Shown here piece after piece: positions 43,779-53,092 of a stretch of 64,000 nucleotides of DNA. Made by a program: the position numbers and the translations under genes. Positions within the stretch are counted from its first letter, which is position 1. Every line of letters starts with the position of its first letter. The notes under the pieces are model-generated. The model saw only the letters and a list, made by a program, of their open reading frames with translations. It did no database searches and was not told the origin of the DNA. Source of the stretch: Escherichia phage PECP14; the sequence record OQ870555.1. One strand, written 5' to 3'.

Positions 43779-43854
43779 TGGGATGTAGATCAATTGGCAG
43801 ATCGTCGGCCTCTGACTCCGAAGGTTCCACGTTCGATCCGTGGCATCCCAGCCA
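43779..43854 (+). tRNA. tRNA-Gln(CTG)
   Basis: AC loop CTCTGAC; T-arm CCACG-TTCGATC-CGTGG. Confidence 0.65.
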
Positions 43855-43860
43855 AATACT

Positions 43861-43936
43861 TGGAGAGTAGTGTAACGGTTAGCACAACGGCCTTTGACTC
43901 CGTTAATGGTAGGTTCGATTCCTCCTTCTCCAGCCA
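43861..43936 (+). tRNA. tRNA-Gln(TTG)
   Basis: AC loop CTTTGAC; T-loop TTCGATT. Confidence 0.6.
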
Positions 43937-43942
43937 ATTTAT

Positions 43943-44017
43943 GCGTGATTAGTTCAGTGGCTAGAATAACTGGCTTCCAACCAGTAGACACGAGTTCGAC
44001 TCTCGTATCCCGCACCA
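43943..44017 (+). tRNA. tRNA-Gly(TCC)
   Basis: AC arm ACTGG-CTTCCAA-CCAGT; T-arm ACGAG-TTCGACT-CTCGT. Confidence 0.65.
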
Positions 44018-44033
44018 AATATAAGGAAACGTT

Positions 44034-44255
44034 ATGCACGTTTTTGAGTTTCGTAATAAAAACCCTAATAGACGAGTTTTAATTATTGGTGAAACATATC
44101 GAGCTTATGAGCAAGAAGATGGTTCGGTTTTATTAAATGATGAAAAGCAAGGCTATAGTTTTCATCCAGAAGAAACATATGAGGAATTTCGTACTAAGTT
44201 TCTTTTACCAGACTGGCTAGCAATAGCTGAGCAAAGAGAACCCGAAGATGGCTGA
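44034..44255 (+). CDS. hypothetical protein
   Basis: ORF. Confidence 0.45.
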   Translation: MHVFEFRNKNPNRRVLIIGETYRAYEQEDGSVLLNDEKQGYSFHPEETYEEFRTKFLLPDWLAIAEQREPEDG

Positions 44256-44422
44256 TAATCTAAAGCTAAAGGTAGATAAACAAATGAAGTGCGTTGAGGT
44301 TGAGTTGGGTGAAGAACGTTTAAAACTCTCCTTCGAATTCTTACAACAGTTGGCTATGACAGTAATGTCTGATAAGTCTCCTGTATTTGAAAAAGAAATT
44401 CCGTTGAAATAACGGGTTTATT

Positions 44423-44497
44423 GCTCCTAAAGCATTGCTGGCAATGCAGTTGCCTTGTAAGCATCTGAACCGGGTTCGATTCCTGGTGGGAGCACCA
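44423..44497 (+). tRNA. tRNA-Thr(TGT)
   Basis: D-stem GCAT/ATGC; AC loop CTTGTAA; T-loop TTCGATT. Confidence 0.65.
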
Positions 44498-44512
44498 AAT
44501 TTAAAAATTCAT

Positions 44513-44541
44513 TTGCCTTCTCTCTTATTTCTTGTTATAAT
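44513..44541 (+). promoter_or_regulatory. early promoter cassette
   Basis: TTGCCT-17-TATAAT. Confidence 0.5.
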
Positions 44542-44571
44542 ATTTATATAAATTAATGAGAGGGAAGGCAA

Positions 44572-44865
44572 ATGAAACGTTATCTTTCTGTCGTATTCCA
44601 AACGGGTGGTCAACGCTACACTTACGAATTTCCTGAGTCTTGGAAAATCAAAGAGGGTGATCAAGTTGTTGTGCTAACACCTCGTGAAGGCTTCAAAGTA
44701 GTAACGGTTAAACAAGTATTTCCAAAAGATCACGAACCATCTAAGTCTATTAACTATAAGATGATTCATGGTCTGGTACGAAAAGTACCTAGAACAGAAG
44801 TCGAAGTAGATAAAACTGGAGAAGCTAAATACCAGTATACCTCTTACTTAGACGAAATGATGTAA
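44572..44865 (+). CDS. hypothetical protein
   Basis: promoter cassette + GAGGGAAGG SD. Confidence 0.5.
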   Translation: MKRYLSVVFQTGGQRYTYEFPESWKIKEGDQVVVLTPREGFKVVTVKQVFPKDHEPSKSINYKMIHGLVRKVPRTEVEVDKTGEAKYQYTSYLDEMM

Positions 44866-44866
44866 T

Positions 44867-44942
44867 GCTCCGATAGTTCAAACGGTTAGAACAGGCGACC
44901 GATAATCATCAAATCTTGGTTCGATCCCAAGTCGGAGTACCA
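44867..44942 (+). tRNA. tRNA-Ile(GAT)
   Basis: D-stem GTTC/GAAC; AC loop CCGATAA; T-arm CTTGG-TTCGATC-CCAAG. Confidence 0.55.
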
Positions 44943-44948
44943 AATTAT

Positions 44949-45021
44949 AGTTAGTTGGCAGAGTGGTTATGCACCTCCTTCATACGGAGTGACTACAGTG
45001 GTTCAAATCCACTACTAACTA
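44949..45021 (+). tRNA. tRNA-Met/Ile2(CAT), CCA not encoded
   Basis: acceptor AGTTAGT/ACTAACT; AC loop TTCATAC; T-arm AGTGG-TTCAAAT-CCACT. Confidence 0.55.
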
Positions 45022-45393
45022 CTAAACAGAGGATCAGGTCATTGTACCAGATCCTGCTGAGAAGAGAGTCCACATTCTATAAATGCCCGGGCGTGACAGC
45101 AGGAAGTAGACTGCAACTCCATGCTATCCAGGAGTATAAATGTAGAAGCTAGGACTTTAGATAGACATTGTCTTAGCGTGAGCAATCACGTAGTTGCAAC
45201 AGACCTGGAAGATCGCAACGTTAAAATCAAAGTTCCAGTGCTTATTTATCTAATCGAGACCATCAATCTCACCGGAATGCTAGCACCCCAACAGTAGCTA
45301 GTGATTAGATAATAAGCAAGCCTGCCTTCCAGTTTTTATCTTGCTTCTGGGTTAACAAAAAGCTGAGCCAAATTCTAACATCAGGGAGATCTA
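45022..45393 (+). ncRNA. candidate non-coding RNA downstream of tRNA cluster
   Basis: 370 bp ORF-poor GC-rich stretch between the last tRNA and the grcA-like gene. Confidence 0.25.
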
Positions 45394-45762
45394 ATGAAAG
45401 CATATCAAAGTCTTAAGTCTGGCGTAATTAACATTGTTCATAACAATCAGATCATTCAACTATATTCTAAAGATGGTGAACTTAAACAGAAAGTTCTAGT
45501 CGAAGATCTAGAAGGTATCACACCTCACTTTGACCCTGAGGCCTTTCGCATTGTAGATGTGGAAGTGGTTCCTCAAGTCGAGGGTGGTCAGCACCTAAAT
45601 GTCAATGTGTTAAGCCGTGATCAGCTTTTGGATGCACAGAAACATCCTGAAAAATATCCTCAGTTGACCATCCGTGTCTCTGGCTATGCTGTTCGATTTA
45701 ACGCATTGACGCGTGAACAACAGAACGACGTTATTAGTCGTACATTTACTCAGGCGATATAA
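45394..45762 (+). CDS. grcA: autonomous glycyl-radical cofactor (GrcA/YfiD-like)
   Basis: C-terminus [35 protein letters not shown] (glycyl-radical motif RVSGY). Confidence 0.75.
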   Translation: MKAYQSLKSGVINIVHNNQIIQLYSKDGELKQKVLVEDLEGITPHFDPEAFRIVDVEVVPQVEGGQHLNVNVLSRDQLLDAQKHPEKYPQLTIRVSGYAVRFNALTREQQNDVISRTFTQAI

Positions 45763-45843
45763 TGGGGTTTGGATACGATTTCTCCCAGCTACGCAAGGTA
45801 GTCGAGCAAACTCCATTTATCTCCCAAGTTTTAGGAGAAATGT

Positions 45844-46137
45844 GTGGATCGAGCATTAAGACGCCATCACCGGCAACGTGTGAAAAACAATCGCAAGAAG
45901 TATTGGACAGTCTTCCCACATGAAGAAAGCCCTAAGCGGTTAGGCATTATCACTACCACTCCTTGCATCTGTTCTTGTTGGATGTGTGGGAATCCTCGCA
46001 AATACCATAAGAATAGTAAAGCAGGCATGAAAATCTCGGAGATTAAAAAGATGGATGCAATGATCTTAGGTATCGGATACGGCGAAGGTATTTCAAATGA
46101 TGAATTTGATGGCTTCGTAGGTTTCGGTGAAGGTTAA
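45844..46137 (+). CDS. hypothetical protein
   Basis: ORF followed by hairpin terminator. Confidence 0.4.
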   Translation: MDRALRRHHRQRVKNNRKKYWTVFPHEESPKRLGIITTTPCICSCWMCGNPRKYHKNSKAGMKISEIKKMDAMILGIGYGEGISNDEFDGFVGFGEG

Positions 46138-46145
46138 TTAATAAC

Positions 46146-46184
46146 AAACCCCAGCTATTGAATAAGTAGTCTGGGGTTTTCTTG
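46146..46184 (+). terminator. intrinsic terminator
   Basis: AACCCCAG...CTGGGGTT + TTTCTT. Confidence 0.55.
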
Positions 46185-46201
46185 TATATAGGATTTTCGA
46201 A

Positions 46202-46387
46202 ATGAAAATTTTTAAAGTGAACTATAGCGGCCTGTGGTTAGGTGGTACAGCTATTGTTGTTGCGGAAACTGCGGAAGAAGCAATCGAACTGGCTAGAAAC
46301 CATAGAAGTTCTATAGAATTCGAGAATGTGACAGTAGAAGAACTCCCTAGCAGTGGGGTAGTGTACAACGACAACGGAGATTACTAA
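46202..46387 (+). CDS. hypothetical protein
   Basis: ORF. Confidence 0.4.
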   Translation: MKIFKVNYSGLWLGGTAIVVAETAEEAIELARNHRSSIEFENVTVEELPSSGVVYNDNGDY

Positions 46388-46445
46388 TGTTATATTTTGA
46401 AGTTCGTCCACATTAAGTTAATTTAAGAGACTTAATGGAGGTAAT

Positions 46446-46841
46446 ATGAGCCGTACATATCGTAAACAATCTGGTAATCGTCACTGGCGTGATGCACATC
46501 GTTCTACTTATAATTTTCATAGCACTAATATCCGTATTCCATATATCTACACGGATAGGGATGGTAAGCAGTGGAAATATTATCAAGTTCGATCCAATGA
46601 AGCATGGGCTAAAACTTGGGATGAAATTGAGAAGGAGATCCAGGAAAACATCATTCGTAACGAGAAGAAAGATGGGCACTGGTGGGATTCTATTAGTAGA
46701 AGTGTTAAGTGGCATTCTAACAAAATGGTTCGTCAGGGAAACCGTCGTGAACTTCACCGTGTGATGAAAGATCCAGAAAATTACGACTATAATCGTGATC
46801 ATGACCTGCGTAAGCGTGGGTTATGGTGGGTTTACGACTAA
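46446..46841 (+). CDS. hypothetical protein (basic, Trp-rich)
   Basis: ORF. Confidence 0.45.
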   Translation: MSRTYRKQSGNRHWRDAHRSTYNFHSTNIRIPYIYTDRDGKQWKYYQVRSNEAWAKTWDEIEKEIQENIIRNEKKDGHWWDSISRSVKWHSNKMVRQGNRRELHRVMKDPENYDYNRDHDLRKRGLWWVYD

Positions 46842-46858
46842 TTTCATAAATAATTCAT

Positions 46859-46888
46859 TTGCTAAAACCCTCTCCTTTTGATATAATA
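46859..46888 (+). promoter_or_regulatory. early promoter cassette
   Basis: TTGCTA-18-TATAAT + ATAAATTGATGAGAGGG. Confidence 0.5.
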
Positions 46889-46917
46889 TTTATATAAATT
46901 GATGAGAGGGCTTTGAA

Positions 46918-47190
46918 ATGAAAGAAGCAGAAATTAATGAAATGGCTAGAGTATTCATCGTTTCCTATATGCAAGGCAGTTGCAATAGTTTATTCGAGTC
47001 TGCTGTAGTATTTCAGGAAATGTTAGCCGAGAAAGGCGTACATATGGAAGATACTGAAATTGAAGATCTTCTAATGGAAACTTGTAGTAGTGCTGAAGTC
47101 TTCCAGTGTGGTAACTGTAATTGGTGGTGTCCAGAGCATGACCGTTCTGAAGAAGGTTCCTACTGTTCCGATTGTGAAGGAGAAGAATAA
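46918..47190 (+). CDS. Cys-rich hypothetical protein
   Basis: CGNCNWWC...CSDCEGEE. Confidence 0.45.
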   Translation: MKEAEINEMARVFIVSYMQGSCNSLFESAVVFQEMLAEKGVHMEDTEIEDLLMETCSSAEVFQCGNCNWWCPEHDRSEEGSYCSDCEGEE

Positions 47191-47489
47191 TGAATAAGTT
47201 TATTATTGCTCTGGTAATTTCAGCAGTCAGTTTCGGTTCTCTGGCATCTACCAAAGTTTCTATGAAAAATGGTAATGTTAAAGTTCAGCAGAATGGCATT
47301 ACCACCGAATATGGTAAAGTACGTGATGTAAAAGAACGTAATGGCAAAGTAGAAATATATACTAATAAAAACTTCTCTACTCCGGCTGTTACTGTTAGTA
47401 AACGTGGTGAAATCACTACTCAACGTACTAATAGTTCTGATTCTTTTACTTGCCGTTATGACTGCGGCTTTGAAGGTGAAGATGAGTAA
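47190..47489 (+). CDS. secreted hypothetical protein
   Basis: signal peptide MNKFIIALVISAVSFGSLAS. Confidence 0.45.
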   Translation: MNKFIIALVISAVSFGSLASTKVSMKNGNVKVQQNGITTEYGKVRDVKERNGKVEIYTNKNFSTPAVTVSKRGEITTQRTNSSDSFTCRYDCGFEGEDE

Positions 47490-47901
47490 TTTAGACCCTA
47501 GAATTAAACATGCAGTTGAAGAAATCCAAGATCAAATCGATGAGGATTTCACTGTTTGGTCAAGATTTGGTAATGGTGAAGGTTGTCAGCTTTATAGCAT
47601 GAAAATGGGTATCTCGATTGAACTTAGTATCAATCCCGAGGGTAACGTAGAAGCCCAACCCATGTTCAGTGTTCCAGGCTTCTCTGGATTTGTTATGGGC
47701 ATGAAACTATGTCTACCAAATAAACATCTTTACCGTGTTATCTGTCAGCTAGAAACAATTAAACATTTCTTGCCAGAAGATAACATTAATGACTACTATC
47801 ATGAAGTTGTAGCAGCTTACATGATGAAAGAACGCAAACGTCGGAGAGCAGAACGTGAAAGAGCTAAATCTCAACAGTCTAGTACAGATTCCAGCAACTG
47901 A
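47482..47901 (+). CDS. hypothetical protein
   Basis: start set to the internal Met overlapping previous stop. Confidence 0.4.
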   Translation: MSNLDPRIKHAVEEIQDQIDEDFTVWSRFGNGEGCQLYSMKMGISIELSINPEGNVEAQPMFSVPGFSGFVMGMKLCLPNKHLYRVICQLETIKHFLPEDNINDYYHEVVAAYMMKERKRRRAERERAKSQQSSTDSSN

Positions 47902-48151
47902 TGCTGTACTAGACTTCCTCAAGCAGGAACATATTAAGTTCTGGACTAACTATGCAGAACAGTACGAAGAAACTTCTAGTGCAATAACATTCGCGGATAA
48001 ACGAATAGCTGAGTATACAGATCCTAGAGTTAAGAATGGTATGATTACTTTACCGCTTTGGGATGTAATGGAAAAGTTTGGTAAAGATTTGTGCCCAGGT
48101 TGTATACCATTATTTGTTACTATTCTAATTGATGAAAAGGATCTTAAATGA
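47855..48151 (+). CDS. hypothetical protein
   Basis: GTG-initiated ORF. Confidence 0.35.
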   Translation: MKELNLNSLVQIPATDAVLDFLKQEHIKFWTNYAEQYEETSSAITFADKRIAEYTDPRVKNGMITLPLWDVMEKFGKDLCPGCIPLFVTILIDEKDLK

Positions 48152-48432
48152 TTATCTCTCCATTTGCTTTGTGGTTTGTTATTGGTGCAGTTGTCGCGAT
48201 TTACAGTCTGATTGATGATCTGTATATCTCTAAAAATAAAGATGTTATTCTTTATGTTATAAACAAATATCGTCCACCAGAATTAGCAGAATTTGACGAT
48301 GAAAAGATGTTCAAATTCATTATGTCAGGTATGCTTATTATGGACACCTTGTTCGGGCCAGTAGCTACTTATTTCTTCTTCCGTAAAACTCGTAAGATGA
48401 AAAAGTTCCGTGCTGAAATGCAGAGCAAGTAA
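48148..48432 (+). CDS. small membrane protein
   Basis: hydrophobic helices. Confidence 0.45.
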   Translation: MIISPFALWFVIGAVVAIYSLIDDLYISKNKDVILYVINKYRPPELAEFDDEKMFKFIMSGMLIMDTLFGPVATYFFFRKTRKMKKFRAEMQSK

Positions 48433-48548
48433 AGAACTCGCGTAGGACCGAGTTGCGTCACCTGCAACTGTTACGGATAAGGGAGTCGTGCCCCTTAGTG
48501 CGGTAAGTGGTGAGTTGGTCGCTGACCTCAACTTTAACTGGAGATATC

Positions 48549-48896
48549 ATGAGCTTTATTTTATTCATTGTAGCAACATGGTTTATTATTGGTTTAGGCT
48601 ATGCTATTGCAGTTATTCGTCATCTGGATGAATACTCTGCTGAATGGTTTATTAAGTACCTACGTTTAGACGATCAAGAACACGAGTTCGACAGTGCTGA
48701 GGAAAGGCAGGCTGTCCAGTCAATGACTCCCAAAGAATGCTTGCTTTACATGCGTGTAATTGGTTTCTTTGGACTGTTGGTAGCAGGGCCATTAGGTCTT
48801 ACTATTGCTCCCTACAAAGAAGTTGTTGACGACATTAAACTATGGAGAACCGCTGGATCGCTACGTCGTGCTAGAGAATTAAGTAAACAAGAGTGA
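48549..48896 (+). CDS. membrane protein
   Basis: GGAGA SD; TM helices; terminator follows. Confidence 0.45.
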   Translation: MSFILFIVATWFIIGLGYAIAVIRHLDEYSAEWFIKYLRLDDQEHEFDSAEERQAVQSMTPKECLLYMRVIGFFGLLVAGPLGLTIAPYKEVVDDIKLWRTAGSLRRARELSKQE

Positions 48897-48930
48897 TGAT
48901 AATCACCTCCTAGCAAGAATAATAATGACA

Positions 48931-48968
48931 AAGCCCAGCCTGCAATTTTGCGACTGGGCTATTTTTGT
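48931..48968 (+). terminator. intrinsic terminator
   Basis: AGCCCAG...CTGGGCT + ATTTTTG. Confidence 0.55.
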
Positions 48969-48981
48969 AATAAAATTTCAG

Positions 48982-49010
48982 TTGCTCAGATGCCACAAGT
49001 ATTGTATAAT
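48982..49010 (+). promoter_or_regulatory. early promoter
   Basis: TTGCTC-17-TATAAT. Confidence 0.5.
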
Positions 49011-49041
49011 ATGTTTATAGATTGAGGCAAAAGGATAATTT

Positions 49042-49740
49042 ATGAGAATCATTTCAAAGTTCAATGATGTATACGATTTGCAGAATAGTTTATTTGATCC
49101 AGATCGTGTCTGGGAGCGTAAAACTGAAGAGCTGCTAGTAAAAGTAACTGACGATGTAGAAAAGAATATCGTTCATAATCGTCAGGTGTTTCGTGAGGGT
49201 TCCTTATCCTTCCGTGGTGACTTCGAATACTCAGTAAATCCACTGTTTATTGCAGGTGAAGTTTACTGGTTACATGAACTGTCCTGCTGGCATCCAGCAT
49301 TCAGTTTCAAAACGTTCAACATCGATGCTGTGTTCGATAAAATGGAAGAAATGGGATTACATGCCCGTTCTTACTTACTAGATAAGAATCGTGGTGATGT
49401 TCGTGAAACCATGCGAGATATGTTGGTTGAAGCAAAACCTAAAGCAGAACGTATCTTATCTGAACTGCGCGTACCAATTGCATATGTGAAGGGTATTAAG
49501 AAGAACGATAACGACGATGTTCGTAACTTCGTAATTCAGACCAACATTCGTTTCCACCAGTCGGGTATTCCGTGGCAGGAAATTGAAAGTAACTTATACC
49601 GTTTACACCAAGTTCTCGAACAGTATATTTTCGGTGTACTAGGAACTGGTGAGCCTGATATGATTACCGTATCAGATAAAGACAGGTTAGCAGCACATGG
49701 ATTTGATACAAAAACTTCTTTCAGGAATATGGCAAGGTAA
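49042..49740 (+). CDS. hypothetical protein
   Basis: promoter cassette upstream. Confidence 0.5.
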   Translation: MRIISKFNDVYDLQNSLFDPDRVWERKTEELLVKVTDDVEKNIVHNRQVFREGSLSFRGDFEYSVNPLFIAGEVYWLHELSCWHPAFSFKTFNIDAVFDKMEEMGLHARSYLLDKNRGDVRETMRDMLVEAKPKAERILSELRVPIAYVKGIKKNDNDDVRNFVIQTNIRFHQSGIPWQEIESNLYRLHQVLEQYIFGVLGTGEPDMITVSDKDRLAAHGFDTKTSFRNMAR

Positions 49741-50146
49741 GTGGTATATCCTGGGAGCTGGTCTTGCGATAGGTATCGGATTCGGTGCTTATCACTTAGT
49801 AAGTAAGGTTGAAACTCTAGCTGGAGATCTTGCAGTTGCGACTAAAAAGATCTCCACTCTAGAGACTTCCCTTAATAAGGTGAAAACTGAGAGTGAACTT
49901 CGTGAGACTCGAATGAACCAGTATTTCACAATGAATAATATTTCGCAAGCAGATCTAGACAAAAAGATTAAGCAGCTAGATAAAGCTCTTAGTCGTCAAG
50001 ATGTTATCGCTGCAAAGCCTGGATTGGTAACATTAATTGCTAAAAAGCAGAATAAAGAGTTCGAGGAAAGATTAGCATGTTTAACTGGAAACTTGGAGTA
50101 CTGCTCGCAGCCGCAATCACAATCACAGGCTGTGCAGAAGAAATAA
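49697..50146 (+). CDS. membrane-anchored coiled-coil protein
   Basis: N-terminal TM then coiled coil. Confidence 0.45.
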   Translation: MDLIQKLLSGIWQGKWYILGAGLAIGIGFGAYHLVSKVETLAGDLAVATKKISTLETSLNKVKTESELRETRMNQYFTMNNISQADLDKKIKQLDKALSRQDVIAAKPGLVTLIAKKQNKEFEERLACLTGNLEYCSQPQSQSQAVQKK

Positions 50147-50430
50147 AACCAGAGCCATCTCATGAGTTAAAGCAAGCTCATGTTGACTGGCCTAAAGGAC
50201 TTCAGCCGTGTAGCTTTGATTTCAAATTCGAAAAGAAATTAGCTACAAATGGTGAAGATGGCGTAGTAGTTGTTGTACCTTACAAAGATTGGAATGCAAA
50301 AGCAAAATGCGAGGAAGCAGTTTACTCTTACATTTCACGACTGACCGGTATGGTTTGCTTCTATCGTCAAGATTTACAAGAAAAACGTTGCTTAGTTTAC
50401 TATCCACCCATTACAAATAGGAAAGATTAA
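50077..50430 (+). CDS. putative lipoprotein
   Basis: lipobox LAAAITITGC. Confidence 0.45.
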   Translation: MFNWKLGVLLAAAITITGCAEEIKPEPSHELKQAHVDWPKGLQPCSFDFKFEKKLATNGEDGVVVVVPYKDWNAKAKCEEAVYSYISRLTGMVCFYRQDLQEKRCLVYYPPITNRKD

Positions 50431-51182
50431 TGTCAGTATTAGTCGGTTTACATGGTGAGGCTGGTGCGGGAAAAGATACCGTTGCAGAATTAATGATTGA
50501 CTGGTGTAATGACACGTTCCCAACGTGTTTATCCCGTCGTTACAGTTTTGCTAAACCCGTTTACGAACTTGCATCCGTAATCCTCGGGGTAACTCCAGAG
50601 TTTCTGGGAGAGCGCAGGGGAAAAGAGATTGACCAATGGTTTACGGTCACACAATCTCAATTGGAGCGAGCTAGAGACGTATGGTTTAAGTATGGTATCG
50701 ATAAGTTTGAGGACTTCTCGTACGTTTGGCCGATTTTTGAAGGAAAATACCTTGATCCTCAGCAGTTAATTGGGCAAGCTGATGATGCGCTGTATAGCGT
50801 ATTTATCTCCCCAAGAAAAATGCTACAGCTTGTAGGTACTGAGTTAGGAAGGCAGCTGGTGCATGAACGCATTTGGCTCATAATTCTGGAGCAATCCATC
50901 GATAAAGACGACCCAGACGTCGCAATCGTTACCGATGTGCGTTTCCCCAATGAGGGAGAGCTAATCATGGAAACCAATACTCTAGATATGGATTCCATGC
51001 TTATTAAGGTTGAATCTGGTATTACTAATAAGTATCGCATCGAGACAGATCATCCGTCTGAAAGCGGTATTCCTGAAAAATACATTTCTCATAAATTTGA
51101 GAATACCTTCAACGGACTTGATGCACTTCGTACTGATGTGTACCACTTCTGTGACTTAGAGCTAGAACCACTAGTTGGATAA
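50430..51182 (+). CDS. deoxynucleoside monophosphate kinase-like P-loop kinase
   Basis: P-loop GEAGAGKDT at N-terminus. Confidence 0.55.
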   Translation: MSVLVGLHGEAGAGKDTVAELMIDWCNDTFPTCLSRRYSFAKPVYELASVILGVTPEFLGERRGKEIDQWFTVTQSQLERARDVWFKYGIDKFEDFSYVWPIFEGKYLDPQQLIGQADDALYSVFISPRKMLQLVGTELGRQLVHERIWLIILEQSIDKDDPDVAIVTDVRFPNEGELIMETNTLDMDSMLIKVESGITNKYRIETDHPSESGIPEKYISHKFENTFNGLDALRTDVYHFCDLELEPLVG

Positions 51183-51194
51183 TTAAGGATCACT

Positions 51195-51794
51195 ATGACT
51201 AATAAGAAAGAAGAAAAGACTAACCTGTTTCACACTGTTCGCCAATCTAACGAATATACCTTTTTCTTTGATGAAGAATTAGGCTCACCGGATGAGTATC
51301 GTGACCTATCCATGATACTGATGCAGGCTGGTGAAGATGATGAAATTAATCTGATGATTAATGGGCCTGGTGGTTACGTTGATACTGCTGCACAACTATC
51401 TAATCTAATCGCTAACTGTCGTGGAACGGTTATTGGACACCTGCTCGGTCCTAGTGCTTCTGCTTACTGCACAATCTTCCTGTCTTGCCACGGTTGGGTT
51501 GTACATCCACATGCTACGCTTATGGGACATACGTTCTCTGGCGGATTCTGTGAGAAAGGTCAAGAAATCAAGAAAGCCTATGAATCTTACAACCAGTTTG
51601 TAGAAGATATGATGCTCGATGTTTACTTCCCGTTCTTCTCTATTGACGAGATCGAGGACATGGTAAAAGAGAATAAGAATATCTACCTCAACAGCAAAGA
51701 AATCAATAAGCGTATTGAAATTTTGGCGAATTATCGCAAAGAGCAATATAGTAAAGCTCAAGCTCCACATCCAGAAGAACATGGAGAAGTGTAA
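51195..51794 (+). CDS. ClpP/S14-like peptidase domain protein (tentative)
   Basis: INGPGGYVDTAAQLSNLI...GPSASAYCTIFLSC resembles ClpP core. Confidence 0.35.
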   Translation: MTNKKEEKTNLFHTVRQSNEYTFFFDEELGSPDEYRDLSMILMQAGEDDEINLMINGPGGYVDTAAQLSNLIANCRGTVIGHLLGPSASAYCTIFLSCHGWVVHPHATLMGHTFSGGFCEKGQEIKKAYESYNQFVEDMMLDVYFPFFSIDEIEDMVKENKNIYLNSKEINKRIEILANYRKEQYSKAQAPHPEEHGEV

Positions 51795-51802
51795 GTAGTT
51801 TT

Positions 51803-51836
51803 AAGCCAGAGTTGTTAAACTCTGGCTTTTCTTTTG
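51803..51836 (+). terminator. intrinsic terminator
   Basis: AGCCAGAGTT-GTTA-AACTCTGGCT + TTTCTTTT. Confidence 0.6.
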
Positions 51837-51897
51837 CCTAAAATTCTTCTTGACAACGACAAAAAATTATGCTCCAGAAGTGATCTTTAAAAACACG

Positions 51898-51926
51898 TTG
51901 TAATTTTCCTCTAGAATTAGTATAAT
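51898..51926 (+). promoter_or_regulatory. sigma70-like promoter upstream of holin-like gene
   Basis: TTGTAA-17-TATAAT followed by GGAGG SD and GTG start. Confidence 0.45.
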
Positions 51927-51950
51927 GGTAATGGTTAGAGGAGGTTACAA

Positions 51951-52607
51951 GTGGAAAAGTTTCTACAACTATTAACGGTACTGCTCCAAGAAGCGAAAGA
52001 TCCAGCTTCGCTACTAAAACGTCTGCTAACTATCTTAGTTGCTGTCATTATTTTCTTGTTTGTAAGTAACACTAGCGAGGTGATGTCATTTTTAAAGACT
52101 TTCTCCACGTCTGCGGTTTTACAGGATGTTCAAACCCAAAGGATAGATAACTTTCCTAATGTAGCACGAGAAAAGAGCATGGTCCTTTTCTCTCAGACGG
52201 GTGCGGATGCTGTTTTTGTAGTCAAGTATAAACCCGATGCTATAAACGATTATTCGAACATTATTGCATGGGAAAGCAATGCGCAATTGGATAGGGCTGA
52301 CTTGGCCGATAAAGCAGTAAACAAGACGTCTGAACTTTATAGACGTCACCTGGAAGGCTTTAACTACGCTTCGGATTTAAGTGTAAAAGTAAATAAATAT
52401 ATGGGGTCAAATATACCCGCGTTTAAGAACGTTACTTTTAATTACGTCTACACTTGTCCGTATTTCAATCTAAATAATATCTATGCTGGATACATAGGTA
52501 TTGCCTGGAAGGATAAACCCGTAGATACAGCTGACTCGGAACAATTTAATGAGTACTTAACAAAGCTTTGCTCACCGCAGCAAAGATCATTAGGTAGATC
52601 TATATGA
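51951..52607 (+). CDS. membrane protein, holin candidate
   Basis: GTG start with GGAGG SD; N-terminal TM; immediately upstream of endolysin. Confidence 0.4.
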   Translation: MEKFLQLLTVLLQEAKDPASLLKRLLTILVAVIIFLFVSNTSEVMSFLKTFSTSAVLQDVQTQRIDNFPNVAREKSMVLFSQTGADAVFVVKYKPDAINDYSNIIAWESNAQLDRADLADKAVNKTSELYRRHLEGFNYASDLSVKVNKYMGSNIPAFKNVTFNYVYTCPYFNLNNIYAGYIGIAWKDKPVDTADSEQFNEYLTKLCSPQQRSLGRSI

Positions 52608-53017
52608 GTTTTAAATTTGGTAAAAATAGCGAAAAACAATTAGCAACTGTTAAGCCCGAGCTACAAAAGGTAGCTCGTAGGGCTTTAGAACTATCTCCGT
52701 ATGATTTCACAATCGTACAAGGTATTCGTACAGTAGCACAAAGTGCCCAAAACATTGCTAATGGTACTTCATTTTTGAAAGACCCTAGCAAGAGTAAACA
52801 TGTAACGGGAGACGCTATCGATTTTGCACCATATATTAATGGTAAGATTGATTGGAAAGATCTGGAAGCATTTTGGGCTGTTAAGAAGGCTTTTGAACAA
52901 GCTGGTAAGGAACTTGGTGTCAAACTTCGTTTTGGTGCCGACTGGAATAGTTCTGGTGATTATCATGATGAGATCGATCGTGGTACTTACGACGGTGGTC
53001 ACGTAGAATTAGTCTGA
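52604..53017 (+). CDS. lys: endolysin, L-alanyl-D-glutamate peptidase (M15-like)
   Basis: SKHVTGDAIDF ... DGGHVEL zinc-ligand H/D/H pattern; 137 aa. Confidence 0.65.
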   Translation: MSFKFGKNSEKQLATVKPELQKVARRALELSPYDFTIVQGIRTVAQSAQNIANGTSFLKDPSKSKHVTGDAIDFAPYINGKIDWKDLEAFWAVKKAFEQAGKELGVKLRFGADWNSSGDYHDEIDRGTYDGGHVELV

Positions 53018-53027
53018 TAATAAATCA

Positions 53028-53052
53028 AGGCGGGGTAATTCCCGCCTTTTAA
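53028..53052 (+). terminator. intrinsic terminator after endolysin
   Basis: GGCGGG-GTAATT-CCCGCC + TTTT. Confidence 0.55.
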
Positions 53053-53092
53053 AGCAAAGGGGGCTTTAAAAACTTAATGATAGGAGAAAGCC

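Noticed and set aside
44955-45152. 65-aa plus-strand ORF
   Set aside because: Starts inside the final CAT tRNA and runs into non-coding sequence; no SD
50077-50430. Llp-type superinfection-exclusion lipoprotein
   Set aside because: A lipobox is present, but there is no adjacent receptor-binding protein gene and no sequence basis for this specific identity; kept as a generic lipoprotein
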